Shown here: positions 49,330 to 61,580 of the stretch, piece after piece
Position numbering within the stretch: position 1 is the first letter of the stretch
Layout: every line of letters begins with the position of its first letter
Assembly (NCBI GenBank): GCA_001600815.1
Contig: BCKZ01000007.1
Coordinates: 916,059-980,058 of the forward strand
Direction: 5' to 3'
Source: Alloascoidea hylecoeti
Lineage: Eukaryota
DNA length: 64,000 bases
Notes under the pieces: generated by a model
What the model saw: only the letters and a program-made list of their open reading frames with translations
Database searches by the model: none
What the model was told of the DNA's origin: nothing
Translations under genes and position numbers: made by a program

Positions 49330-50307
49330 TTATGCATCATCGTTACCAAAAACCATACTAAATAAATCAGCTGGAGCCTTTTCAGATTCGAGTGCTTCAT
49401 TTATTTCTGATTTATTATCTTGAATTGTTATAAAGTCATCTTTATCATTACCTATAACATTCTTCTTATGTGAAGTTAATGGTGCTTCGCTACTATTTAC
49501 ATTTGTATTTGAATTTTCATAATCAAACTTAATCCCCAATCTTTTACAAAGTAATGGTTCAGGAACAAAACTTGTAACTACCCGTGTAAGTGGTCCATAC
49601 ATACCAGCATTTGCAGCTTCTTCTGAACTATTTGTATTTCCTAAAACATGTGTTGTTGTTGAAATTGAATCAATATCATTTGAACTTTCAAATATACTTG
49701 CTAAAATATCACTTGGTTTTTTTGAAAATAATGCAATTTTTTCAAATTCTTTTAATTCATCAATCCAATGGTTTCTATCAGGATGATTTGACTTTAACAA
49801 TAAAATTTTTTCAAAATCATTTGATATTTGTGATTTTAAATATTCAATATATCTTGATTGTTTTGAAATATTTGAAGAATATAATGTCTTTGAATTATTA
49901 ATTGCAATTTTTGCTATATTTGAATCAATTATTGGTATAAATTTAATATCATTTTGATTTATAATTGAATTAGTATTAGATTTTATTAATTTACCTAATG
50001 GTATATTATTATTACCTGTAATTGATGAAATACGATCACGTTGTTCAGTTGATATATAATCAAATATTGATTTCCCTGGTAATTTTTTTTCATTAAGTAG
50101 TTCTGTTCTTTTTAATATTGATAATTGTGAATTTGATTCATAATTATCTTTTTGATTTAATGATGATTTAAAATTTAGATAAATTCCAGGAATATAATTT
50201 GATGGAATTGAAATTAAAGGAAATTGATTTTGTTTTGAAAGATCAAGTGATTCAGAAATTATAAATCCTGGTAACGGAGGTCTTCCATCATTACAAAATT
50301 TAATTTG

Positions 50308-50338
<31 letters not shown>

Positions 50339-51210
50339 GTATTTGAAAATTTTGATTTTCTTGAAATGAAAACTGGTGTTTCTGAAGATAACATTTTTTG
50401 TTTCATTCCAATTACTTGTTCTTTTAATGTTGATTTAATTGGTTTTATAGAATAGTTCCATTCTTCATCTTCATCTTCGCCATAATCAACAACTCTAGGC
50501 TTTAATTTTTTCTTTATCGTATTGGTTGAAGTACTAGTGTTTCGTTGTATAACAGTTGAAATACTACCAGGGATAGTATTATCATTTTTATTTTGAATAT
50601 TGTTTAATCCATATCCTAAACCACTTTTATCAACTCTGGGAATAAGTTCTATTTTTGGTTGTAATTTGGGTGCTATGCTTATTTCTTTTTTTGTTTCTGC
50701 TTCATCTCCCATATTAATTATCTCCTGAGTTTTCGGTCCTAATGCTTGACCTGATTTCCAGCCCATTTTTCTTAATAGTTTGTAACCAATTCCTTCTTCA
50801 GTTTTATCCTTACTTTTAAATAAATTGATGATCGAATCATTCTCAACATCAGAATCACTGCTTATATCAATTGTATATTTTTCATTTTGTATCTTCTCAT
50901 AATCATCTTTTTCTCTAAAATCTTCTTCATCCATAAAATCTTCAGGTTTCATTGCTTTTATTTTAACACGATTATCCCTTGAAGTTTTTATATCACTTGG
51001 TGTCCAACCTTCTTTTGATCCAACCGTATTGTAATATCCTGCACTCCATCCTCCAGTGAAAGCTCCATGAAGTCGTTTACGCCCTTGTTCATCTCGAACT
51101 TCCTGATTCCAAATTGGTTTAAAAGAGGTTGAACGTGTAATTGGGGTTCCATAGAATATATCTGAATCCGATTTTTCTAATGGATCAAGTTTCTGCCGCT
51201 TATGACTCAT
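49330..51210 (-). CDS. G-patch domain protein 1 (GPATCH1/Gpl1-like, DUF1604)
   Basis: QEVRDEQGRKRLHGAFTGGWSAGYYNTVGSKEGWTPS; G-patch IGYKLLRKMGWKSGQALG; MYGPLTR...FVPEPLLCKRLG; (AAT)n poly-Asn near 50307-50338. Confidence 0.92.
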
Positions 51211-51720
51211 TATTGATCAAAAAATAAGAGTGTTTTAACCATTAGAAATATCGTTACTCCAGTTAAAAGATAAGTGTCAAATATTATGGTAAAGTGAGAT
51301 ATGTTAGTGCTGATTTATACGCATGTTCTCACATGTACTTAAGATAAACAACTTTACATCATGACTCGTTCGTTTAAATGAAGGATCATTCACAGTATGT
51401 ATTTCCAATGAATTTTGTCCTTGAACATGAAATCGCTGAGCATGCTGCAATTGTAGTATTGTACCCAAAACTAAATAAATCTGATCTCGAAATAACATCT
51501 GCTATAACGTTAAAATGTAAAACCATTTTGGGTACGGTATTGATGTTTTTTTTTTTGTTGGGCCATGCAACAACAGACATTCGTACGCCACGTTCGAAGG
51601 ATTTCGCAAAGCCGGTAGGTAAAGTTGGTAGCCCTTTTTTTTTCTTTCTTCCCGCTAGTTATTAATATCGGAAGAAGCCACAAGATCATTGACAACCATT
51701 GTAACAGCCAGTGCTGCTAA

Positions 51721-53028
51721 ATGTCCTCACAAAAAAGTATTGAGACGAAAATTAATTTTGTTTACGATCTTCCTTATGAGATATCTGAAAAAATCTTCTC
51801 TAATTTGCTACCAGTAACAACTTTACTCAATTGTAAAAGAGTATCTAAATCATGGAAACAAATAGTTGAAAATGATAATATATGGAGATCAATGTTTCAA
51901 GATCAAAAGTCTTGGAAATACTGTAATGATACAGAAACTGATTCATGGTATGAATTGTATAAAGACCGATTTCTTTTAGAATCAAATTGGAAAAATGGTA
52001 TATTTACACAACATAAATTAGTTGATCATTCTTCCAAAACATCTTGTATTATATTTTATAAAAATTGGATTTTAACTGGTTCAAATGATGGTACAATAAA
52101 AATTTGGGATGTTGAAACTTTTCAATGTTTGAGAGTTTTTGGTGAACCAAATCTTGTGATTTTAAAACAATTAGGTATACCAAATATTAAATTTTTAGAA
52201 GAATTTTTAACAGAAATAGAAGTATCTGAATTAGTTAAAAATGCTAATATTAAATTTCATTTGGATGAAGTTAGTTCTATAGATATTAATGACAAATATT
52301 TGGTTTCTGGTTCATTTGATGGTTCTTGTATAATTTGGAAATTACCAGATTTTAAACCAATAGATCGTTTGATAATACCAAGAGAAATATCTGCTGGTTT
52401 ATATATAAGTAATGTTCTTATATACAATGATTATATTGTATATGGTGGTCAAGACGGTTTAATTGGGGTTTGGAAATCAAGTCTTGATAATTTCGAACGA
52501 CTACAGTTTAATTTACAACACTGTTTAAAAGCAGAAAGTTGCATCTATGGTATTTGCATTCAAAATGGTGCTATATATAGTAGAGAATTTTCAACTGTAA
52601 AATCATGGAATATTGAAACTGGTCAAGCAATCCAAGAATTTCAATTTCATGATCATACTGTATCTATAAATTGCTTTGCAGTAAAGGATCAATTCTTATT
52701 TATTAGTGAACACTGCCAACTAACAGTTTGGGATTTACAATCAAATAAATCCATAAATATTTTATCAGATAAAAAAGGACCAGAGGCATTATTTATAATT
52801 AATAATAAAATCATTTCTGTTGATGATGATTGTACTATTAAGATTTGGAATTTAAATGATCTAAAACTATTTAAAGAATTTAAAATTTTAGATCATGAAC
52901 AATCAACTTTACGTGCTTTATCAATTGGTGGTGATTCGAAAAGATTAGCTGCTTTTACTATGGATGATGATGTTGTTTTTTATGATTTTACTGAAAATTT
53001 AAGGAAAAAATATTTAAAATATTTATAA
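51721..53028 (+). CDS. F-box/WD40-repeat protein, intronless
   Basis: N-terminal F-box LPYEISEKIFSNL...LLNCKRVSKSWKQIVENDNIWR; WD repeats ILTGSNDGTIKIWD, LVSGSFDGSCIIWK, VKSWN, LTVWD, TIKIWN. Confidence 0.92.
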   Translation: MSSQKSIETKINFVYDLPYEISEKIFSNLLPVTTLLNCKRVSKSWKQIVENDNIWRSMFQDQKSWKYCNDTETDSWYELYKDRFLLESNWKNGIFTQHKLVDHSSKTSCIIFYKNWILTGSNDGTIKIWDVETFQCLRVFGEPNLVILKQLGIPNIKFLEEFLTEIEVSELVKNANIKFHLDEVSSIDINDKYLVSGSFDGSCIIWKLPDFKPIDRLIIPREISAGLYISNVLIYNDYIVYGGQDGLIGVWKSSLDNFERLQFNLQHCLKAESCIYGICIQNGAIYSREFSTVKSWNIETGQAIQEFQFHDHTVSINCFAVKDQFLFISEHCQLTVWDLQSNKSINILSDKKGPEALFIINNKIISVDDDCTIKIWNLNDLKLFKEFKILDHEQSTLRALSIGGDSKRLAAFTMDDDVVFYDFTENLRKKYLKYL

Positions 53029-53285
53029 TTTATTGAAAATTGGATATAATAATGATTAAGATGAGAGTATTTTATGTAAAATGGTTATCCTTATGTGGAC
53101 GAAGGAATTGGTTAGGAAATGTGCTATTAAACCTCTTAAGCTTGTTGAAGTTGGATATTTTGATAATTTAATTGAGCATATGGATGGTTTGAAGAAGTAC
53201 TGATTAATAAGGAAATAATCAAAATTATAAATTTCTGTGATCTCATTATAAGCCTTATACCATGTAAAAATTAAAATATGGTAAT

Positions 53286-53606
53286 TTAAAATGCTTTACC
53301 AATGACTAAAAGACAGAGCAAAACGGTACAACAATACCAAATAGGAGTAGATTTCAAACCTGAGGTACCATTCGAACTCGAACTTCCCCTTCCTTCACTC
53401 TTAGGATAAGGTCGAGTAGCTGGTTTCACTGGTACGATAGCACGTCCACTTAATCCTTTGATTTCCTGATTGTTCGATTTCCAAGACCCTTCGGTGTTCT
53501 CTTCATTAACACTTTCCAAAGATAAGACTGGCAACGAAGCTGCGAAACAGACTGAGATGTAAAAAGCACAAATTAATATAAACACCCCTTGTAATGGAAT
53601 CATCAT
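53286..53606 (-). CDS. Small secreted, probably GPI- or tail-anchored protein, similar in layout to 47170-47556
   Basis: Signal peptide, basic segment, SSSS then P.WY.C plus hydrophobic tail. Confidence 0.7.
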   Translation of the reverse strand: MMIPLQGVFILICAFYISVCFAASLPVLSLESVNEENTEGSWKSNNQEIKGLSGRAIVPVKPATRPYPKSEGRGSSSSNGTSGLKSTPIWYCCTVLLCLLVIGKAF

Positions 53607-53831
53607 TTTTTGATGTTGATATGAGTACTAATGTTGACTTTAATGTTTGATAACTGGTGAATGAGTAGACCCCGGCATCTTTTAAATAGATTTCATTGTT
53701 TAAAGTGAGTGTTGATGGGCAAAAAAAGTGGAGGAGGAAATCAATTTAATCTATGCGAGTGTACGGATGTTACGCGTTTTTATGACTTTCCACCTCCACT
53801 CAAATCTATCACAACCATCAGAATCAGAATC

Positions 53832-56120
53832 ATGGCTCCTCAAGTGAACAGTAACCAAGGCTCGTCTGGGGGCGGACAGGCTCCATCATCGGGAAGTCAG
53901 AGTAGCGGCCAGACTAACGGTACAGGACATTCACAGCCTGCTCAAAAGCAACAATTTTCACAAGCAGACCTTAATCGTATAGTGTTAGAATATCTTAACA
54001 AAAAAGGCTATGTTAAAACAGAAGCTACACTGCGAATGGAATCGTCACATACAACAACCCCTCAGCACTCCACGCCTACGCCAAGCAATTCTTCATATCC
54101 AACACACCCAAATTCAGCAAACAATTCTAATAATAGCAATAGCGTCGGCTCTAGGTCATCATACTTGGAATCACCAGAGGTTTATAATAGAGGCTACACA
54201 TTATTAAAAGATTGGGTTCAAACATCACTTGAATTATATCGCTCACAATTACAAAAGTTGCTCTATCCAATATTTGTTCATTGTTATTTGGATATGATTA
54301 AGAATGGGTCTTCTTCACAAGCACGTGTATTTTTCAATAAGTTCTCAAAAGAACATTTATTATTTCATCAAAGTGAAATTGATAAATTATCTGGAATCAA
54401 TTTAATTGATCATTTAAAAGAAAATGAATTAGCAAAAGCTTTTAAAAATAATAAATACAGAGTTACAATATCAAGAACTGCTTTAAATTTATTACTTTAT
54501 TTCTTACATGAAAATGATGGTGTTGGAGGTAATGTTATAATAAGATTATTAAATCAATATATTGATTCAAAAGTTTCTGATTCTGTTTCAATTAATAATT
54601 TTATAGCAGGAAATGGTTCTGAATCAGGACCAGCTGAAATATTAGATGAAGAAGATGGTATTCCAGGTTATAATGCTAAACTTTCTAATTTCAATAATAC
54701 AAAAGTTTTATTGGGTCCATTACCAAAAGATCCTGATTTAACGAAGGAAGTAGAAGCTGAATTAAAACAATTAGATCAAGAAACTGGAGAACACACAAAC
54801 GGTTTACTAATAGACACGTTCAATAAAATAAAACAAGAAGAAGATGCAATTGAAGATAAACCATTAAGAGATACAATACCTTTCCCACCATCAACGGCTT
54901 TTGACGTTGAGAGAGAAATTGAAGCAATAAAAGATGCAAGAGCTAAAATTCATCTAGGTCCTTATGATTCAAATACAACTACTAATGGATTACAAACTAG
55001 TTTGCCTAGTGTAGTAATGTACACATTTCATAATACACATGACCAAATGAATTGTATTGAATTTGATGATTCTGTGAAATTGGTAGCTGGTGGGTTTCAA
55101 GATTCATTTGTTAAACTATGGAGTCTTGATGGATCACCATTAGAAAGTATACTTCAAAATACACCAAGTACAAACTCCAACATTAATGTTAGTCCAGATC
55201 CAAATGATTTAAGTATGAGACGATTGGTTGGACATAGTGATTCAATTTATGGTTTATCGTTTAGTCCTGATTCTCAATATCTTTTATCGGCATCTGGTGA
55301 TCATACAACTCGTCTTTGGTCATTAGCTACATATACAGCGTTAGTTTCATATAAATCACATACTGCACCTGTTTGGGATGTTTCATTTTCCCCATTTGGT
55401 CATTATTTCGCAACTGGTTCTCATGATCAAACTGCTCGATTATGGAGTTGTGATCATATTTATCCTTTAAGGATTTTTGCTGGCCATTTAAATGATGTTG
55501 ATGTTGTTAAATTTCATCCAAATTCTCAATATGTTGTAACGGGTAGTGCAGATAAATCATGTAGATTATGGGATATAAATACGGGTAATTCGGTTCGTGT
55601 TTTTATAGAACAACAAGGAAGCATCAATTGCGTTGAATTTTCACCAGATGGTAGATGGATAGCAACAGCAGGTGAAGATTCATGTATTAATGTATGGGAT
55701 ATTGGATCTGGTAAAAAATTAAAATCTATGAGAGGGCATGGTAAATGCTCTATCTATGGTCTTAGTTGGAGTCAAGATGGTACTGTTTTAGTTAGTTGTG
55801 GTTCCGATTATTCCGTTCGATGTTGGGATATTAGAAAAGGAACACAAGATAGTGGACCTGAACCAGAACAGTATCAATACGCACTGGATCCAAGTGAAAC
55901 TATTAACTTAACTCCTGGAAATAGTAGCATCAATAATGTCAATGGGAGTAGTACTTCTGGTAATGCTGATGGAAAGAAAGGTAATGATCGAAGACAAAAA
56001 GAGGTAACTGCTTCACACGATCATATGGCTGCGTGGTTCACTAAAAAGACGGCGGTTTATAATGTTAAATTTACAAGAAGGAATCTATGTCTAGCGGCTG
56101 GTGCTTATATTCAATCATAG
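53832..56120 (+). CDS. TAF5: TFIID/SAGA subunit Taf5
   Basis: LisH DLNRIVLEYLNKKGY, NTD2 LLYPIFVHCYL, six WD40 repeats (WSCDHIYPLRIFAGH), FTRRNLCLAAG; first ATG in good context at 53832. Confidence 0.96.
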   Translation: MAPQVNSNQGSSGGGQAPSSGSQSSGQTNGTGHSQPAQKQQFSQADLNRIVLEYLNKKGYVKTEATLRMESSHTTTPQHSTPTPSNSSYPTHPNSANNSNNSNSVGSRSSYLESPEVYNRGYTLLKDWVQTSLELYRSQLQKLLYPIFVHCYLDMIKNGSSSQARVFFNKFSKEHLLFHQSEIDKLSGINLIDHLKENELAKAFKNNKYRVTISRTALNLLLYFLHENDGVGGNVIIRLLNQYIDSKVSDSVSINNFIAGNGSESGPAEILDEEDGIPGYNAKLSNFNNTKVLLGPLPKDPDLTKEVEAELKQLDQETGEHTNGLLIDTFNKIKQEEDAIEDKPLRDTIPFPPSTAFDVEREIEAIKDARAKIHLGPYDSNTTTNGLQTSLPSVVMYTFHNTHDQMNCIEFDDSVKLVAGGFQDSFVKLWSLDGSPLESILQNTPSTNSNINVSPDPNDLSMRRLVGHSDSIYGLSFSPDSQYLLSASGDHTTRLWSLATYTALVSYKSHTAPVWDVSFSPFGHYFATGSHDQTARLWSCDHIYPLRIFAGHLNDVDVVKFHPNSQYVVTGSADKSCRLWDINTGNSVRVFIEQQGSINCVEFSPDGRWIATAGEDSCINVWDIGSGKKLKSMRGHGKCSIYGLSWSQDGTVLVSCGSDYSVRCWDIRKGTQDSGPEPEQYQYALDPSETINLTPGNSSINNVNGSSTSGNADGKKGNDRRQKEVTASHDHMAAWFTKKTAVYNVKFTRRNLCLAAGAYIQS

Positions 56121-56541
56121 AGTTATAACTATTAATTATTGTGTATTGAGTATGATGTAGTCAAAAAAACGTCCCCCTTCAATTACAATTGCTTAAAAAT
56201 CTATTCAGCTTTTGGGATTGAAATTGTTATATTATATTATGTTATAGTTGAATGATTTTCATATGACCCTTTGGTATATTTTAAATTTAATTATTTTTAA
56301 GTCTACTCTATTAAATTATAATTGATCCTCAAATCAAATTATATTAGTAAAAATTAAAGACGTTGTTGCTTAGTACTGATAGCCGATACGTCCACTGTGA
56401 AACTTCCGGGGTGGCTTCCTATACGTGTTTGCGCATCTGCTGATGACAAATTATAAAAGGCCTTGTCCCCCCATTTGTCTTAACAATTGTTTTTTAAATC
56501 CCGTATTCCTTTCCTCAATTATCTTCTTTACGTTCAATTGA

Positions 56542-58218
<1,677 letters not shown>

Positions 58219-59148
58219 GATAGAAATATGGAATAGTATATTTTATAGGAATTATTTAAATGATGTGTCAAATGATATTGTGTTTTAATGACTGTAGTAT
58301 TCACGTCTTCCTAGCTAGTAGTAAATGCAGAAAATAATATATATTCTGTCTAAACTTGATTATTGAATAGTTGTAGCGTTTTTGGATGTGTATTAGGAAA
58401 TCCTAAACCTATGGATAAGTCCTATAATATATATTCTTCCATGTGTGTGTGTTGGTAAGTTAAACCCCACTTTCCAATTTAAAGTTGAAACTTTAGGCCT
58501 GAGGCTACTAACTTGTGCAATTAATGTTAGTTTAGAATTATCTATTATTTCTACCCTACCGGTATGGATATGGGATACTTCAGTTTGGTAAAGTTTCCTA
58601 TGGCAAGAGTTAAGCTTAGAGCTCCATTGCCTATGATCTTATAATCATAGTGCATGATCTTTCATTGCTATGTCTCAATTGCAACTTGCAAAATATATAA
58701 AGAACTATAATTGCAATTGCAATCAAATTCCAATTTAAAGTGTAAACAAACTTGTCATCATGACAGGGATATTTAAACAATGGAGATGGATCAGATTCAA
58801 TTTATATGTAATTATAATATTGCTTGGGATCTTATCTCGAGGGTAAACAAACAAAGATCTAGAATGTGAATGTTTACCATGAAATGATTTAACTAATATC
58901 CCTCTTATCAATACTAGTAGGATATCAGATAACAAGATTGATAAATAAACACTTTCGATGTGATTAAGGGATATGGAAAATATGGAAAATATGACGTTGC
59001 TAAATTTGGAGTGTGCAGATATGCATTATTTTAGTTTTTGTATGCTCTTTTCAATTCCTACGTATTTTTTTAACCTCCAACTAATGTTCATTATAATTAT
59101 ATTGAACATCAACACTTAACAACCTTTAATATAAACAGTAGATAAAAT

Positions 59149-61580
59149 ATGAATTTTATTAGACGAAGGAACCAGACTCAGTTGGGGAATCTTCAAGAGA
59201 TTTATAAAATGGCCTTTGATCAATCCATCAATTGTATGCAAATCGAACAACAGGAACATAAACCTGCTGAAGCTCTTCAAGGTTGGAAATCTTTACATAC
59301 TGCCATTTTATATCAATTGGAGGCTGTGGAAAGATCTTTTCAAGCATATGGTTCTAAATTCGAAAAATCAGTAGATGAAATCGGGGTTATTGAAAGTGTA
59401 TGTGAACTCAATAATCAAGCCAAGTTTCACATTGATCGGTTAACAAAGCAATTAGAAGCAAGAAAACAACATCGCTTACCACCACCTCCACCACCACATA
59501 GGCCAAGACCACCTTCAAACTCATCCAGTTCAGTCTCAAGTCTAACTTCTGCTTCAGTCAAATCTTTAAGACCCAGTACAATGACAAGTTTGAGAAATGG
59601 AACCTCCAGCTCTCCTCAGATACCAGTCAGAAAGCCAATACTAAGAAGTCTTAGGCCAAATGGTCACCAACAAAGATTAAATAGCATAGCCTCTACTTCT
59701 GCCTCTATAGCTGCCACTCAGGTTTGGGATTCTCCTTCAACTTCACTTTCCACTAATTCTGGTCGACGAAGCACTGGGTCAAAATCAGCATCGCCAAGAC
59801 TCGAAAACAAAGGATCATTTCAGGAAAATAAAGAAAGAAAAAGCCAAGATTTAGATGAACGAGGATCAGAATATGATCTATTGAATTTATTTGAAGATGA
59901 AATTGCTGTCAAAAGCATCAATTTAAAATCGCCTTTGATCCCAGTTGGATTAGAATCCATAAATGTTAAGCCAACTCCAGTAAGAAAACCACCTCCTCCT
60001 TTGATACCCTCATCAATAACCCCTCCTCAGAATAAGATTCCAAAACATACCAGAAGAAACCCTTCTATGACTTCCATAAGTCAAAAACAACAAATTTCAA
60101 GTCAAAGAACTTCATCTCAAAAGTCGACATCTGATCGAAGTATTAAACCAACACAACAGAAACCTGCTATAATACAATCAAGAAAAAAAAATACAGCTGC
60201 ACCAGTGATTTCAACTCAAAAGAAGTTAAAGCCTAAAGCAACGGTTCCTAAATCAAAGGTACCATTATCATCGGTTCCAAGACGTGATTTGGCTCCTCGA
60301 TCAAAACCCTTGTCACAAACGACAAAATCGAAACCAAAGCTAAATAATACGAAACAAACAGTATCATCTCGACCACCTTCTAAAATAATCCCGAAGCCAA
60401 AATTACTTACAAGTACAAGTAAAAATACAATTACAAATACAATTACAAATAGGGAATCCTCCGGTACAATGACCAGCAATGGAAGTGGTTCTGAAAGTGG
60501 ATCTAAAGATACAGAATCGTTAACGACAATTGATGCAGCTGAGAGTGAAGAAAGTTTAGAAGCTAAAAGATTACAAGACTTAGTAGAAAGTATCAAGGGA
60601 ATAGATCAAGAAGCTGCAAAACAAATCATGAATGAAATTGTAGTGAAAGGTGATGAGGTTCATTGGGATGATATTGCTGGTTTAGATACAGCTAAGAATT
60701 CATTAAAAGAAACTGTAGTTTATCCATTCTTAAGACCAGATTTATTTTCCGGATTAAGGGAACCAGCAAGAGGGATGTTATTGTTTGGTCCTCCTGGAAC
60801 TGGGAAGACGATGTTGGCTAGGGCTGTTGCTACTGAGTCTCACTCAACATTTTTCTCTATTTCAGCATCCTCTCTAACCTCCAAATTTGTAAGTAGAATT
60901 TTTTTTTTTTTGGTTTTAAATTTGATTAATTACTGACAATTGTTTAGCTTGGTGAGTCGGAAAAACTAGTCAGAGCATTATTTAAAATAGCTAAAAAACT
61001 TGCACCATCAATTATATTTGTTGATGAAATCGATTCTCTTCTTTCATCCCGTGGTGACAATGAAAATGAAGCTTCCCGTCGTATAAAGACTGAATTCCTA
61101 GTTCAATGGAATGATCTATCTCATGCAGCAGCAAGTAGAGAACATGATGATGATGAAGATGCTCAAAGAGTTTTAGTTCTAGCAGCTACTAATCTACCTT
61201 GGGCAGTTGATGAAGCAGCAAGAAGAAGATTCGTTAGACGACAATATATTCCATTACCTGAAGCTCCAACGCGTAAAGCACACGTTGAAAAATTATTATC
61301 AAATCAAAAAAAGGGATTATCATCAGCCGAAATGGAAAAATTAATAGAATTAACAGATGGGTTTTCAGGATCTGATTTAACTGCATTGGCTAAAGATGCA
61401 GCAATGGGTCCTTTAAGAGAATTGGGAGAAAAATTATTATTTACCGCTCGTGAGGATATCCGACCAATAAATTTACATGACTTTATTGCTAGTCTTACAT
61501 ATATAAGGCCTAGTGTATCTAAGAATGGATTGATCAAATTTGAAGAATGGGCATCTAAGTATGGTAGTTCTGGGGCTTAA
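59149..61580 (+). CDS. Meiotic-clade AAA ATPase (Sap1/Yta6, spastin/fidgetin-like); intron 60889-60947
   Basis: Walker [15 protein letters not shown]...TACTGAC...TAG restores TSKFLGESEK; Walker [25 protein letters not shown]; Vps4_C-like end. Confidence 0.94.

Noticed and set aside
51560..51634. tRNA gene (75 nt with paired ends)
   Set aside because: No D-arm, anticodon arm or correctly placed TTC loop; kept only as an unexplained module
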